In this document: one piece after another, positions 48,503 through 61,360 of the stretch
Layout of the letters: the number at the start of each line of letters is the position of its first letter
Numbering within the stretch: position 1 is the first letter of the stretch
Origin: Nemertoderma westbladi
Lineage: Eukaryota; Animalia; Xenacoelomorpha
Assembly: GCA_032718475.1 (NCBI GenBank)
Contig: JAUCBJ010008495.1
Coordinates: 1-61,360, forward strand
DNA: 61,360 nt
Reading direction: 5' to 3'
The notes under the pieces: generated by a model
Told to the model about the DNA's origin: nothing
Database searches by the model: none
What the model saw: the letters and a program-made list of their open reading frames with translations, nothing else
Program-made: the position numbers and the translations under genes

Positions 48503-49573
48503 GTTGGTGTGCAGCTAAATCCATCTCCTTGGACGGGGTTGGTGGGCAGCTAAATCCATCTCCTTGGACGGGGTTGGTGGGCAGCTAAATCCATCTCCTT
48601 GGACGGGGTTGGTTTGCAGCAAAATCCATCTCCTTGGACGGGGTTGGTGTGCAGCAAAATCCATCTCCTTGGACGGGGTTGGTGTGCAGCTAAATCCATC
48701 TCCTTGGACGGGGTTGGTGTGCAGCAAAATCCATCTCCTTGGACGGGGTTGGTGTGCAGCTAAATCCATCTCCTTGGACGGGGTTGGTGTGCAGCTAAAT
48801 CCATCTCCTTGGACGGGGTTGGTGGGCAACTAAATCCATCTCCTTGGACGGGGTTGGTTTGCAGCAAAATCCATCTCCTTGGACGGGGTTGGTGTGCAGC
48901 AAAATCCATCTCCTTGGACGGGGTTGGTGTGCAGCTAAATCCATCTCCTTGGACGGGGTTGGTGTGCAGCAAAATCCATCTCCTTGGACGGGGTTGGTGT
49001 GCAGCTAAATCCATCTCCTTGGACGGGGTTGGTGTGCAGCTAAATCCATCTCCTTTGACGGGGTTGGTGTGCAGCTAAATCCATCTCCTTGGACGGGGTT
49101 GGTGTGCAGCAAAATCCATCTCCTTGGACGGGGTTGGTGTGCAGCAAAATCCATCTCCTTGGTCGGGGTTGGTTTGCAGCAAAATCCATCTCCTTGGGCG
49201 GGATTGGTGTGCAGCAAAATCCATCTCCTTTGACGGGGTTGGTGTGCAGCTAAATCCATCTCCTTGGACGGGGTTGGTGTGCAGCAAAATCCATCTCCTT
49301 GGACGGGGTTGGTGTGCAGCTAAATCCATCTCCTTGGACGGGGTTGGTGTGCAGCTAAATCCATCTCCTCGGACGGGGTTGGTTTGCAGCAAAATCCATC
49401 TCCTTGGACGGGGTTGGTGTGCAGCAAAATCCATCTCCTTGGACGGGGTTGGTGTGCAGCTAAATCCATCTCCTTGGACGGGGTTGGTGTGCAGCAAAAT
49501 CCATCTCCTTGGACGGGGTTAGTGTGCAGCTAAATCCATCTCATTGGACGGGGTTGGTGTGCAGCTAAATCCA
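48503..49573. repeat. 35-bp minisatellite, ~30 copies
   Basis: GTTGGTGTGCAGC(T/A)AAATCCATCTCCTTGGACGGG head to tail with no spacers. Variants recur at 245 bp (7 units). Confidence 0.97.
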
Positions 49574-49691
49574 CGAAGCAGTGGACTGCATCCGAAGATG
49601 GAGCCCAGTCTCTGTTAGCCACATCCTGAGGAACATATCTCGAGATCACCCTCGCGCAACGCATGTCTAATCCGCCAAAGGCGATGTGCAG

Positions 49692-49914
49692 TATGGTGGC
49701 CGACGTGTGCCATCGTTAAATATTATGAAAGTTGAGGAAATAATTAATAAAATGAGATAAAAAAATAAAAATTAATTTGTATTAAATGAATAAAATGACA
49801 TTAAAAAATAAAAATTAATTTTTATTAAATAAAAATTAATTTCAATTTTTTTATCTCATTTTATTAATTTCTCAACTTTCATAATATTTAACGATGGCAC
49901 ACGTCGGCCACCAT
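49692..49914. mobile_element. Hairpin MITE (~220 bp)
   Basis: Perfect 44-bp inverted arms atggtggccgacgtgtgccatcgttaaatattatgaaagttgag / ctcaactttc...ggccaccat, with an AT-rich centre and gcag on both flanks. Confidence 0.85.
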
Positions 49915-50825
49915 GCAGAGTAGGCATGATAAGCAGGAGGCACAATAGAGGATGTACATCCGCATGGGAATTGAGAAGCGAGAGAATTGAGAAATGGGAT
50001 GAAAAGAGTTCCAATTATTTGGAGAATATCTCCAGTTACGGCAGTTTTATAGAGAACTATTGATTCCAATGCAGCATCTCAGGTGGTCTAGAGCCTTCGA
50101 AAAAGTTTAGTTTTTGTACTTGGGAAGTAATGTCACATCAATAATTAAAGTTATATCGTTCATTTCTAATATAAATTAATTTATTTAACTATTAAAATGA
50201 ATTACCAACTTTACAACCAACATTACGTCTGCCGACGTCTGTAGTTACGTATGTAGTCCGTATATTTATTATATAATTTTAATATGATTAATAATAGTCA
50301 ATAATTTAATTACTAAATAATTTTAAAATAACTCCACAAATTGTATTCGTTTTGATTTTATTTACTCTGGTCACCAAACCTTACTCAAATATGCGAACAG
50401 ATTTGGCATTCATTGGCCTAAGTCCACTCAATGCAGTGCAGTGGTGATGTGACCTGTCTAATCCTTTTTCAGATTCTTTCAAAAACTACGTTTCGTCCAA
50501 CTAACTCAACTGTTCGGGTTCGAATCAACCTATTTTGAACTCTGTAGGATGCTCGGAAGTGGAAAAAAACCATAATAAATCACACTGTCGCGATAGCGTT
50601 AAATAACCGTAAAATTCATTAAACTTAAGAACCTTTGGGGCCAAGCAAAAAATTACCCTAAAACTGAAATGTTTATGTTTGATTAATGTTTGTGTCCCTA
50701 TTAATGTTCGCGTTCTTATTAATATCTCCCACGTAAAGCCTTGGGATCCGCAAGGTTGTCTCCCGCTATAAGGTACATACAATGCGTCTACGTCCAGGTG
50801 GTGGTTCCTCTAATAATGCCCCTAC

Positions 50826-52500
50826 TTACCTTGCTTGCTCGCTATAAAGTACTACTACTACTAGGTCGAACGAACTGGAAATGAGATCCTTCCAGGCTTC
50901 CCGATTCTCCATAGTTGTCGCAATTTCGTTTCTCCCAAGTTCAGTATCCTTTTCAAGTTGATCTATATATGTTATGGCCGGTCGTCCACGACTACGCTTT
51001 CCATGAGTTGGTTGCCAGAGAAGTAGATCTGGTGTGACCTCGTCTTTACTTCGCCAGCAGTGCCCACTGAATATTAATCTGCGTTCACAGAGGGTGGTTG
51101 ATACAGGTGGTATTGTACCATAAAGTTCGGCGTTTGTCATGTGTTGTCTCCAGCTGATGTTTAGGGCTGCCCTTAGTAGTCTTGTGTAGCAACCATCAAT
51201 TCGTTGTTCAAGTGATTTCGTCAGGGTCCAGGTCTCACCCCCGTATAAAAATACACTTTCCACTGTGGCTCGAAAGAACTTAGTCTTCAGGTGCCTGGAG
51301 AGATCTGATTTCCAGATGGTATGCATTTTTGATAGAGCTACCCAAGCCTTTGCTTTCCTACTGGAAAGCTACTGGAACTGGGCACTGGAAGTCGTCGACC
51401 TTCCTTAGTTGACTATTATCAATGGTTGTCAAGTTTCCATCAACATTAAAGGTCATGAATTCGGTCTTGGTAGCATTTATATGCAATCCAACCTCCTTAG
51501 CAGCCATCTCCACTTTATTTAGTAGAAGCTGTGCATCTGCTAGCGTATTAGAGAGCAGGGCGATGTCATCCGCAAAGTCGGTGTCTGTGACTGTAGTTGC
51601 CGGATATCTACTACTTCTGCGTTCTTGAAGTGTGAATCCCAGGTCTTCACCCTTTGTGGCCGTCCTCATTGCGTAATCCAGCACAATTACAAATAGTAAT
51701 GGTGCTAATGTGTCACCTTGCAGTACGCCAGCCAGGATTGAGAAAAACTCAGTTTCACCATCTGGTGAGAGTGTCCTGCGCCACAATATCCAATACATAC
51801 ACACAATACATACAATGCCTGTGTCACAATATAACAATCCAATGCCAGCAACAATTACTTCTGGTATTCCATAAGCTCTTAGGATTTCAAGCATTTTACC
51901 TCTATGGATGGAGTCGAATGCTTTCTTGAAGTCCACAAAAGTCATGACTGCGGGGAGATTCCTTGATTTAATTCCTTCAATCAGTCTCCGTAGTGCTTAG
52001 AGAGCAGGGCGATGTCATCCGCAAAGTCGGTGTCTGTGACTGTAGTTGCCGGATATCTACTACTTCTGCGTTCTTGAAGTGTGAATCCCAGGTCTTCACC
52101 CTTTGTGACCGTCCTCATTGCGTAATCCAGCACAATTACAAATAGTAATGGTGCTAATGTGTCACCTTGCAGTACGCCAGCCAGGATTGAGAAAAACTCA
52201 GTTTCACCATCTGGTGAGAGTGTCCTGCGCCACAATATCCAATACATACACACAATACATACAATGCCTGTGTCACAATATAACAATCCAATGCCAGCAA
52301 CAATTACTTCTGGTATTCCATAAGCTCTTAGGATTTCAAGCATTTTACCTCTATGGATGGAGTCGAATGCTTTCTTGAAGTCCACAAAAGTCATGACTGC
52401 GGGGAGATTCCTTGATTTAATTCCTTCAATCAGTCTCCGTAGTGCAAGTATCTGAGCTATTAATTGTTGATCTATTTGGTCGAAATCCGTTTTGGCATCT
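50826..52500 (-). mobile_element. Decayed RTE-clade LINE (RT domain and C-terminus) with an internal duplication
   Basis: FVDFKKAFDSI, GVLQGDTLAPLLF, DFADDIALL, FLYGGETWTLTK, RRLIFSGHCWR and GKRSRGRP. Frameshifted near 51360. Confidence 0.92.
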
Positions 52501-53732
52501 TACGCTATAAAGAAATGATTCAATTTTCGAATAACACGACTTTTCTAAGTCCAAGGCCAAGTTTTACCAAGATCTACGACTTGATATGATTACAATAAGA
52601 TCTTAAAACTACGTAAAAACAAAAATTATGATATCATTTAAAATGTATCTCAGCAGGTTACTTTTAATTACAAAATCAGTTAGAAATAAATACTTATAAC
52701 GAACCTGTCTTTAGACTGGGTAGTTTTTGTCTAAAGCTGAGGCCGGCAAAAACACGATGGATTTACCTATATCACTATGTCACTATGTATGTTCACCAAA
52801 TGGCTTGAAACCACTTGCATGCATTGTAAAATTGTAAACGCAAGTATTTATCAATTGTTGTCTAGTTGTTGAATAAAAAAGTTGGGAACGATTCGAAGTG
52901 CGATATTCGAAATATTTGCATATTTTCAACATTATTGAACGCGAAATTAAATACCCACAACTCCCTTGCTTGAAATGTTTTTCAGGTGATTGATATTTAG
53001 CAATTATTATGAGGTTACTTACTACTGAAATCTGACAGAATGCCAAACGTATTATTATAGTTCTATCTCTATTCAGCCAGTTAGTGTAATGTCAAGCAGT
53101 ACATCATTTATATATCGTATGTATCTATAGGGCCTAATTGTCATCGTTATAATACTGTCATCAACTTAGGCTAAGCTCAATTGTAATGCAAAGGCTTAGT
53201 AGGTTTTGTATATCTGGGACGTTTACAACAGCTGTGGATTAAACTAACAAAACCATAAAACTGAACCTGGGTGGCTGCCAGCCGGGTACCAACGGCTGTT
53301 GGGTAGACTTAAGGGAACATTTCACAAACTTTCATAGGATGCTTGTACATGTACATTATATTGGTTGCTCCGATGTTTTTATTAGGCTAACTGAGAATGT
53401 ATCAGGTATAAATACTGTAATTATAGTGTTCTTTATTTTATTTATCTAATACAGAAAAGACCCCTCCGCAGAATAAACTGCTCTTTTGGGCCGTTTCTCA
53501 GGTTGCGGATATGGATACCATTTCACACATCATCGTAGTAATTGTGATTATGATTTGTTTGCCTAGGCGAATGTGTATTACATTAGATGGGAGGCAGTTT
53601 TTTGGTTGATGCAAGTCATTCTTGGTTTGCATCTTCCAATCCCATCTGTTTCTTGGAGTCTGTGTAAGACAGGTTCGTTTAAAGCCATCTTGATGGCGTT
53701 CTAGTAGTAGTATGTGTGTGTATAATACCAAC

Positions 53733-54070
53733 TAGTGTTTAAACGGGATCGGACCGGGATTTTAGGGTTTAGGATTACAATTTTGAATACAATGTTATTA
53801 AAGTTTTCAATATATAACATGTGGCGGTGTCAATGTGTCAATCAACTGTTGAAATATTAGTAAGATAAAATGATATAAAAAGTAATTTATTTTTAATTAT
53901 TATTGAATCATCTCAATACAGTCAATCTGCTCTATCAGTCTATTACCAGTGGCACAAATGTACTTTACTATTTATAGATCCTAGATCTCGTTCTCAAAAA
54001 CCAGGGATCGGGATTACATTTATTGTTGGAATCCCTATTTTTTCGGGATAGGTATCCCGTTTCGACACTA
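53733..54070. mobile_element. hAT-like MITE
   Basis: Imperfect TIRs TAGTGtttaaacggga / tcccgtttcgaCACTA with internal gggat/atccc motifs. No intact 8-bp TSD. Confidence 0.45.
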
Positions 54071-54148
54071 GTATAGTAGGATATATACACATTGATAATA
54101 AACATGTTGTCATTGGTATCAGCGTGATTGTCATTTTACCTTTAGGCT

Positions 54149-54808
54149 TTAATGTAAAAGTCGATTAAATGCAGTGTAAGCAGAGTCCAAATCGAATATC
54201 ATCTGTCGGACCTGATCTTCTGTCAGTTCTTCAGAGGCAGCCATAGACCCCAGAGTTACTAGCCATTTTTTCACTTTATCTTTTCCTTCAAAATCTGGAG
54301 GAACGATACTCAGACTGCACATATTATCATACAAATCCCTTATATCAGGGTGGACTTCGTCCATAGCTCGGATCTCCAACCTCAACTTATCCATAACAGT
54401 AATAAACAAAGATACAATATCGGCGATACATTTTGAGGTATTCCCCTTATCATCTTTAACTGTAATTGGTCTGTCTTCTTTGAGTCTTTCCAACGCCAAC
54501 GGGCAATCTAAACGATACTTTTGTACAAACTCTTCTATCGTTGGATACTCTCCGCACTGAACTTGCTTGAAAGCGGCTTTGACTTGGGCCAACAATTTGG
54601 AACAGGCCGCAGTGTACTCCTTGGGTGTGACGCAGTCTTTAATGTAAGCTTTCTCTAAGCATTGCAACGTGTTAACCACGGCGTAAAGTTCCGACATGTT
54701 GTCCATTTGTTCCCGTTCGCGAGCGTTCGTATAGAGTTTAACTTCTTCGAGAAGTTCACGTCGTTGTCGAGGTGCCGGAACCGGCGAATTAGAAACACCA
54801 GAAAACAT
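54149..54808 (-). CDS. VPS28: ESCRT-I subunit VPS28
   Basis: 219 aa with [60 protein letters not shown] and [20 protein letters not shown]. Confidence 0.97.
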   Translation of the reverse strand: MFSGVSNSPVPAPRQRRELLEEVKLYTNAREREQMDNMSELYAVVNTLQCLEKAYIKDCVTPKEYTAACSKLLAQVKAAFKQVQCGEYPTIEEFVQKYRLDCPLALERLKEDRPITVKDDKGNTSKCIADIVSLFITVMDKLRLEIRAMDEVHPDIRDLYDNMCSLSIVPPDFEGKDKVKKWLVTLGSMAASEELTEDQVRQMIFDLDSAYTAFNRLLH

Positions 54809-56389
54809 GGTTCAGTTCAGTCCAGATGTGTGTATGCTATACCGGTAGGCCTACTGCAGTACTGCTGTACGTACTGTGGTATGTTCTGATGTTGTGTACG
54901 TATACCAGTATATACCAGTTTATACCATGTATACAGAAAACAGAACTGCAGGAGGACATACACAGCAGTCGATTATTCTTATTTCAGTATTATTAACTGA
55001 CAGCGACAACTATTATTATTAATAACAATAAATCCTTGGATGACAGTTAATTAAACGACTCAACGGGATAGATCATTCTACTGTATTTGGGAACTTTAAA
55101 TCAGTAGATCCTGAGCAGCTGAGCTAACCGAAAACTAAATAATCTTTTTTCAGTTTACACTACAGTATCAGTCTCTCCACTTCGTGCTGAGTTTTCATTT
55201 CGACAGAAAAAGTGGTGGTGGGGGTTGGAGGGGCAGGGGGGGGGGGGGGGGGGGGTGGTGGTGTGGATTCTTCTTGACGCAATAAAATTTATCAGTCTCT
55301 AGGCAACCAGGGGAACACCAATTCAAATTACAGCTGATTAGCAGCAAAATAACACAGGAACCTATGCTGACCTTTGTTTAATGTTTTGGTTATACAGTAA
55401 TAATAACGTACCACCGTAAGCTACTCATTTCCCTTAATTGATAATTAACATTGTTATTCGTCGAAGCGAGATATTAATTCAGATTAGTGAATTAATTGCA
55501 TATTAATATCTCTATTTTAAATTTCGCTAGCTGGAAATTATAATTTAACCATATGCGACCTTTTTTACTCCGTTGTTTCAGTAAGGTCGCCATTGATTTA
55601 ACACAAATTCAGCACGCACACGCACACGCACAACTCCACTATAAGCTCATACGGATACGGATGTAGCAGTTGTAGCAGGGACGATAAAAACGATTGATAG
55701 TAATAATAATACGATATCCAAATACGATAGCTACAGTATTGTAGGCAGACGAATACTGACATTAGTTAAACACAGAACCTGAACGCAGCAACGCAGATAT
55801 TAACGGTATAAATAACATAACTAATACTGTATACAGTAGGATCTCGCCTTATCGTGATGCGGCATAGTTATTCAGCATGCCTGATTTATTGATGATTCAT
55901 GGTTTGGTTATGCTTATGCATACATTGTATACACACAGCTTAGTGGATAAGACGCCCGAAGTTCATTACTGTAGTATTTAATTAGAGTTGAGCCTACATT
56001 GACTTGCAAAGGCTGCTGTTCCGCTGAAAATGTATGTGCAACGTGTAAAATACGCGTATATGTATCTATGTATATGTATTTATAGACTATAGCTGAATAA
56101 CAAAAATAACACAAAATTAAATCAACAATATAAATCTGATCATAGACCTGGGAAGAGATAATTTTACAGTACAGTATAGATGGATATAACAGTATGGATA
56201 GTACAGTATAGTATTACAATATGGATGGGTTTTTTTTAAACAGATGATACAGACAGTACACGTTCGTGGGGTCTTCGCGCAGCACGATGTGAGCAAAGCC
56301 TTTAGCATATGGGTACCATTAACGAGTTGTTCTTCGACACAATACCTGTCTTCCACTTGTGCCTCGTTGCGTTCGTTCGTTTTTGACCA

Positions 56390-56572
56390 AACTTCAGATT
56401 CTTTCTAAACTTTTGACGGAATACATACATACCAAGTTTCGTTTAATTTCATCAAGGAATAACCGAGTTATTAGCGATCAAAAATTTACGACGACAGACA
56501 ACGACGACGACAGAAAACTCGCCAATGACACCCATATGCTAAGGCTTCGCTCACTTCGTGGCTCGCCCCACA
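56390..56572 (+). mobile_element. Possible Helentron/DINE-1-like non-autonomous element end
   Basis: cataccaagtttc..., a (gac)n/gacag microsatellite, then a short hairpin-like gctcacttcgtggc. This order resembles HINE 3' ends. Confidence 0.35.
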
Positions 56573-56763
56573 AGATAATGAATATGAACGATTGATGAAA
56601 GCAACACCTTCGAATAGACATAAAGCGAACAACACGCATATTATATATTATTACATATTATTTATAAAATATACATATTATTTATTTATATAAAGTAAAG
56701 TATAAGTAAATTTTCTTCGACCGCTAGGCCAGGGATTACGCACAAAGTATGACGACTTATTTC

Positions 56764-56962
56764 CAGTGCGGTCCCCCCAGAACTTTACTCCCTAAAGGAA
56801 ACTCCAGTACTCATTTGGCTACCACTTAAAGCATGCAAGGCAGAGATGCGCCCTGGCTGGTCCCTTTAAAGCATTCGTGCCGAAACGAAAACTGCCCTGG
56901 CCCATCATGTGAGGATCGAACCCACGACCTACGGGAGATGTGAATTCAATGCAACCACTACA
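56764..56962 (-). mobile_element. tRNA-derived SINE
   Basis: Minus strand gtagtggtt...ggtcgtGGGTTCGATCC (B box), followed by a body with aaatgagtac. Second copy at 28938-29108. Confidence 0.75.
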
Positions 56963-56979
56963 TATAGGCCTACATACAT

Positions 56980-57930
56980 AAATATCAAGAATGCTGTGTT
57001 GTCGACATAATTGCACCGCCATAACTCCCTATCACCCATGACATTTGCTAGATCATCCGCATCTTCAAGGCCAGTGTCCTTTAAGATGCGTCTCAAGAAA
57101 GTCTCGGTTGTCCACCATGCTTATTCACTCCATGGAGACGCCGAAGCACAAGATTGTGCACTGGCTGGTCCTCACGGCGAAAGCAATGTCCTGCAAAGCG
57201 GAGGCGGCTTTGTTCTATTGTCAAGCTTGGGGGAACCAATGAGACACCTCCAATGTTATATAGTGTCTGGTTGGAGATGTGTGCATTGTACTTGACACAA
57301 TGAACCCGGCATAACATTCTTGTGAATGTGCCATCCAGAGATTTATCTAGGGGTTTTAACCTCGAATGATAAATTTATTTTACCGGAATTCCGCCAATAA
57401 AAGATAAGTTATTTTCGGTAAAATAAACTTCGAGGTTAAGACCCCTTCCTATAAATGTATAATAACAAACACCTCGAAAAACACAGCTTGACACTTAGAG
57501 CCCAGCATGGACTCCCGTAGAGGAGTACTGGAACTACTGCTGCTCTAAATAATCGGACCTTAAGTTTCCGATTAATTCTCGGTGACTTCCAAATCCTGGA
57601 AAGCCTATTCAAGGCTGTCCATGCCTTTCCCTTACGTATTCGAAGGTCCTCACCTCACTTCCGGATCCATGATCCCAGGTAACAGAAGTCATCCACATGC
57701 TCAAGCATACCATCCTTTGAGCTTATGCTCATCCGGTCAGACTTGCTGAGGACTTTCAAAGTTAACTGTCAAAATTTTGGTCTTTTTGGAGTTAATAAAA
57801 AGACCAACACTAGAAGCAGCCTGTTCTAATGAGCTGAGGAGCCGTTGGGCTCCCTCTAGTGATTCTGAGAGTACTCCTAGCTAAGTCATCAGCAAAGTCT
57901 AGATCAGTTAGGTACTTGGCAGGATTTCCT
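56980..57930 (-). mobile_element. Decayed RTE-clade LINE, 5'-truncated
   Basis: AKYLTDLDFADD (~57880-57920) and SRLRFAGHCFRREDQPVHNLVL (~57140-57210). Frameshifted and interrupted at ~57350-57483. Confidence 0.85.
57350..57445. mobile_element. Small palindromic insertion inside the RTE copy
   Basis: ggggttttaacctcgaa...tttattttaccg / cggtaaaataaa.ttcgaggttaagacccc. Confidence 0.6.
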
Positions 57931-58079
57931 CGACTTCTGGAGCCAGTAGGTGGAGTTACCATAACCCCATTTATTACAACCGGAGTGTTATTAACTGAAT
58001 TTGGGAAAACAGACAACTTAGGTACATTTACTATACTTGATGACTTTGACTCCTACAGTAGGATACTTATCTTCTTCCG

Positions 58080-60000
58080 AAATAAAACGAACTACTTATG
58101 ATTAGAGTAAATTTAACAAACAAAAATTCCTCTCAGATTTACAAAAAATCCGATAACTGGACCTACAGAAATGATTCCATCCCAATCAAAGACTAATTTA
58201 GCGTCTTTTACAATAATTTCGAAAAGTTACTGTTTGTCAAAAACAATTAACGAAAAAATAAAACAACTCAAAATATATTTAAAAAAACAACCTTGGATGT
58301 AAGTTAATCTAGTAACCTGTGTCATTAAAAAAATAAACTTCACATTCTTCTTTAATGTCAAACCCAACGGCCGCAAAACTATTGGAATACAAAGCTTATA
58401 GGAACCCGTCTTACTAAAATTTTGCGGGCAGCAGAGAAAAGTTATTATGAAAAAGAGTTCGACAGAAATAAAAATAACAGCAAAAAAACATGGCAGACAA
58501 TAAATACTGCCTTACATCGTACTAAAAAAACGATAACTCCTCCTGTTAAAATTAAAACGGACAATTCGATCACCAATAACAAATCCGAAATAGCTAATAC
58601 TTTTAATAAACATTTCGCAACATTGGGTCCCAGCTCGCAGACAAAATTCCCAAGTCAAACAGACAGCCATCTCGATTTTCCAACTCATTTTCTCTAGTGG
58701 AACCATGTGAAACAGAAATTATCTTTTACTTATTAGACATTAAAAATATAATAACTGCTCAACTTTTGATGATTTTCCTTTAAACCTCGTTAAAATTGCG
58801 GCCTATGTTAGCACCACATTTAACTTATTTAATCTGTCTTTCCAGCAAAAAAGGTTTTTCCCAGATACTTTAAAAAAATTCCAAAATTATCCAAATTTTT
58901 AAATCATAAAATCCAACAGATAAAAATAACTTCCGTCCCATATCATGTTTCACCAATTTTCACCAAAATTTACGAAAGTGTTACCAAGAAGGCTGTTGAC
59001 ACTTGATATGTATTATTTATGTATTATGGTATTATTTCAGGTTACTTTGTGCCACTCTGGCACTGTATGCGGCACCCCCCATGGAGCGATCTTAAGCCCT
59101 AATCTATTTTTAATATACATCAACGACCTACCGAACTGTACTATATAAATTACTGGCCACACTTTTTGCAGACGACACGAACCTACTTTACTGTAACAAA
59201 AATACTGACACGCTTATTTCTATTCTTAATATACTGAACTACGGAAACTTGATGAATGGTTCACGGACAATTAACTCTCGTTGAATCTAAAGAAAACAGA
59301 ACACATTATCATGGACAATCGCTATTCAAATACAATAATTCCTGATGTAAGCCTTCAATCAACTACATTAACTAAAACTACGGCATCAAAATTTCTAGGA
59401 ATCTACATAGACAATAAAATAAACTTGAAAATTCACTGCAACCATTTATTGGAAAAAATATCAAAATTATCCGGGATCTTCTTTAAACTGAGACACATTC
59501 TACCTCTTGGTATTCTTAGAACTCTTTACTTCGCTCTAGTACACCCTTATCTAATATACGGAATACCTCTGTAGGGGAAATAGCCACCACGTAAATACTG
59601 CGAAAATCAAAGTGCAAGTTAACAAAATAGTTCGAGCCATAACTTTCAATCATTATCAGTCGCACGCTGCACCAATTTACAAATCCTTAAATATTCTGCC
59701 CTTAGATAAATTATTATTCGACCTGGAAGTAGCGAAATTCATGTATGATATAAACAAATCAAATAAATCGAAAGCTCTCCGGAAATGATTCCGTTTTACT
59801 AGCTCAATTCATTCATATAACACGCGCTCAGCTATGTCAAAAAAATTGTCATCCCGCAAGTTAGACGACTACTTTCGTTAAACAATCGATAAAATTCACA
59901 GGTCCGAAAGTATGGAATAACTTGCCTCTTAAAATAACAAATGTAAAATCAAAAAATTCCGTAGCATACCAGTACAAATAAATTATTCTAGATTCGCTTA
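58080..60000 (+). mobile_element. Decayed CR1/L2-group LINE ORF2
   Basis: Fragments in order: AEKSYY..F..NKNNSKKTWQTIN, EIANTFNKHF, GTPHGAILSPNLFLIYINDLP, LFADDT (~59162), KFLGIYID and LRTLYFALVHPYLIYG. Many stops and frameshifts. Confidence 0.88.
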
Positions 60001-60757
60001 TATAATAGTATCTTTTCATTCTTTTTTTTACAGGTACATAATCTAATTAAGTTTTCATTTTTCATTTACTGCAATTTTACTTTCCTTTTCCCAAAAGCAA
60101 ACATTCGACTAAATCTCATACAATATTATTTATCACAGTACATTATAGTATTTCATATTCATAGCATGAGATATATTCCCCCCAACATTCCATCATATCC
60201 GAGATCTAAACCCCCTAACAACCCACCCCCCCCCCCCCCCCATCCCTGAACTGAACACACGCTCCCCTGGCGGCAACTAAAATTAGTAGGTGCTACAGCT
60301 GCATGGCGGAGGACACATAATATATGTAACAAATTTAAACAATAATACAACTATAGCATTTAAAATTAATACTAGTATATTATTAATTTATGGAATTTAT
60401 TATTAAAAGGGTATAATTAAACTGAAATTAAATTGAAATTAAAATTAAATTGAAAAAAAACATCAATTTAAAAGTCCGGTTGTGATGAATCTTCATTCGT
60501 GTCAGTCCCGCCCAATGTCCAACTCTCGCACAATGAGCTCAGCAAATACGATGGGAAGTCGGCTTGTAAATGTATAATGAAACATAATAGAAATATAATT
60601 TGTTCAAATTTCAAAAGAATAATAAACACCAAAATATGCTCATCACCAAAATAAAGAACTACTTTACTATACATACAGACAGACATCTACCTAACTACAG
60701 CACAGCATTTGCAGAAGTCCCACCCCTTCCTTCATAGATGACCCCCCCCTGTAGACA

Positions 60758-61360
60758 TTACCTAGCCCCTCTGCGACCCCTATGCGGGCCCCCTCTACCT
60801 CTACTATACCCGGGTTTCCCCCTCCCCCTAGAGTTACCGCCCCCTCTAGGGGGCCGGTTATCGTTTACAATACGAACACTCGATTCGTCTATTAATATCA
60901 AAGTCACCAACATCGGGTCGCACATCATACAACCTCTGTACACCTTCCTATCGCCTGGGATGTTTGGGAATCCATTTTTATACTCGACGACTATAAAAGC
61001 GGCCCCGCATTCCGGACACTTTGTCCCGGAATCTACGACGACCGAAGCCGCGTCTTTAAACCCCTTGACGACCTGGGGGCACTTGTTGCACACAAACCTC
61101 CACTTTTGACCGCCGGGCGGCTCCAATACCAACGCCCCGCGGAGACAAGTGGGACAACGCGCCGGGGATTGGGAGCCGGGACCGGCGTGTCTGCACCCAG
61201 GGTGGGTGCACTCATTACAACCCATTCCTTTACGCATATCCGGGAACGGGGAATTATTATAACAATAAGGACAGATTACGTAAGTCTTATGGGATTTAGT
61301 CGGCCCAGATACAATCAACAACTCGAAATCGTCTAAAGGACATTTACTTTCGTTATAAAT
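60758..61360 (-). CDS. TOP3B: DNA/RNA topoisomerase III beta, C-terminal part (runs off the window)
   Basis: The frame is open to the window edge: IYNESKCPLDDFEL...ICPYCYNNSPFPDMRKGMGCNECTHPGC, further CxxC zinc ribbons, and an RGG-rich tail. Confidence 0.9.
   Translation of the reverse strand: MYNESKCPLDDFELLIVSGPTKSHKTYVICPYCYNNSPFPDMRKGMGCNECTHPGCRHAGPGSQSPARCPTCLRGALVLEPPGGQKWRFVCNKCPQVVKGFKDAASVVVDSGTKCPECGAAFIVVEYKNGFPNIPGDRKVYRGCMMCDPMLVTLILIDESSVRIVNDNRPPRGGGNSRGRGKPGYSRGRGGPHRGRRGAR

Noticed and set aside
48503-49573. 35-bp repeat array as a CRISPR, and its overlapping ORFs as genes
   Set aside because: Units are head to tail with no unique spacers, there are no cas genes and the context is eukaryotic. 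The ORFs simply cycle through the repeat frames.

Overview
AT-rich animal (probably invertebrate bilaterian) nuclear DNA. It holds seven host genes: a WD40+CARD protein, a FAM124-family protein, ATR, Su(H)/RBPJ, a PPP1R3 glycogen-targeting PP1 subunit, VPS28 and the 3' end of TOP3B. All read as uninterrupted ORFs, including the 7.5-kb ATR, even though the intergenic DNA is spacious and TE-rich. A very young 12.8-kb BEL/Pao LTR element (1233-bp LTRs, TAAAG target duplication) encodes Gag-protease but lacks RT and integrase core. It has no tRNA-type PBS; the 12 nt after the 5' LTR are exactly complementary to a sequence inside its own LTR, as in Tf1-type self-priming. Non-coding DNA, especially upstream of genes, is full of TA-x-TA motifs (TACAGTA, TACTGTA, TAGGCCTA, TACCGGTA, TACATGTA). 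Two appear as clean insertions in repeat copies, which points to Tc1/mariner excision footprints. The rest comprises decayed RTE and CR1/L2 LINEs, tRNA-derived SINEs, MITEs and minisatellites. All calls are by eye; no searches were run.
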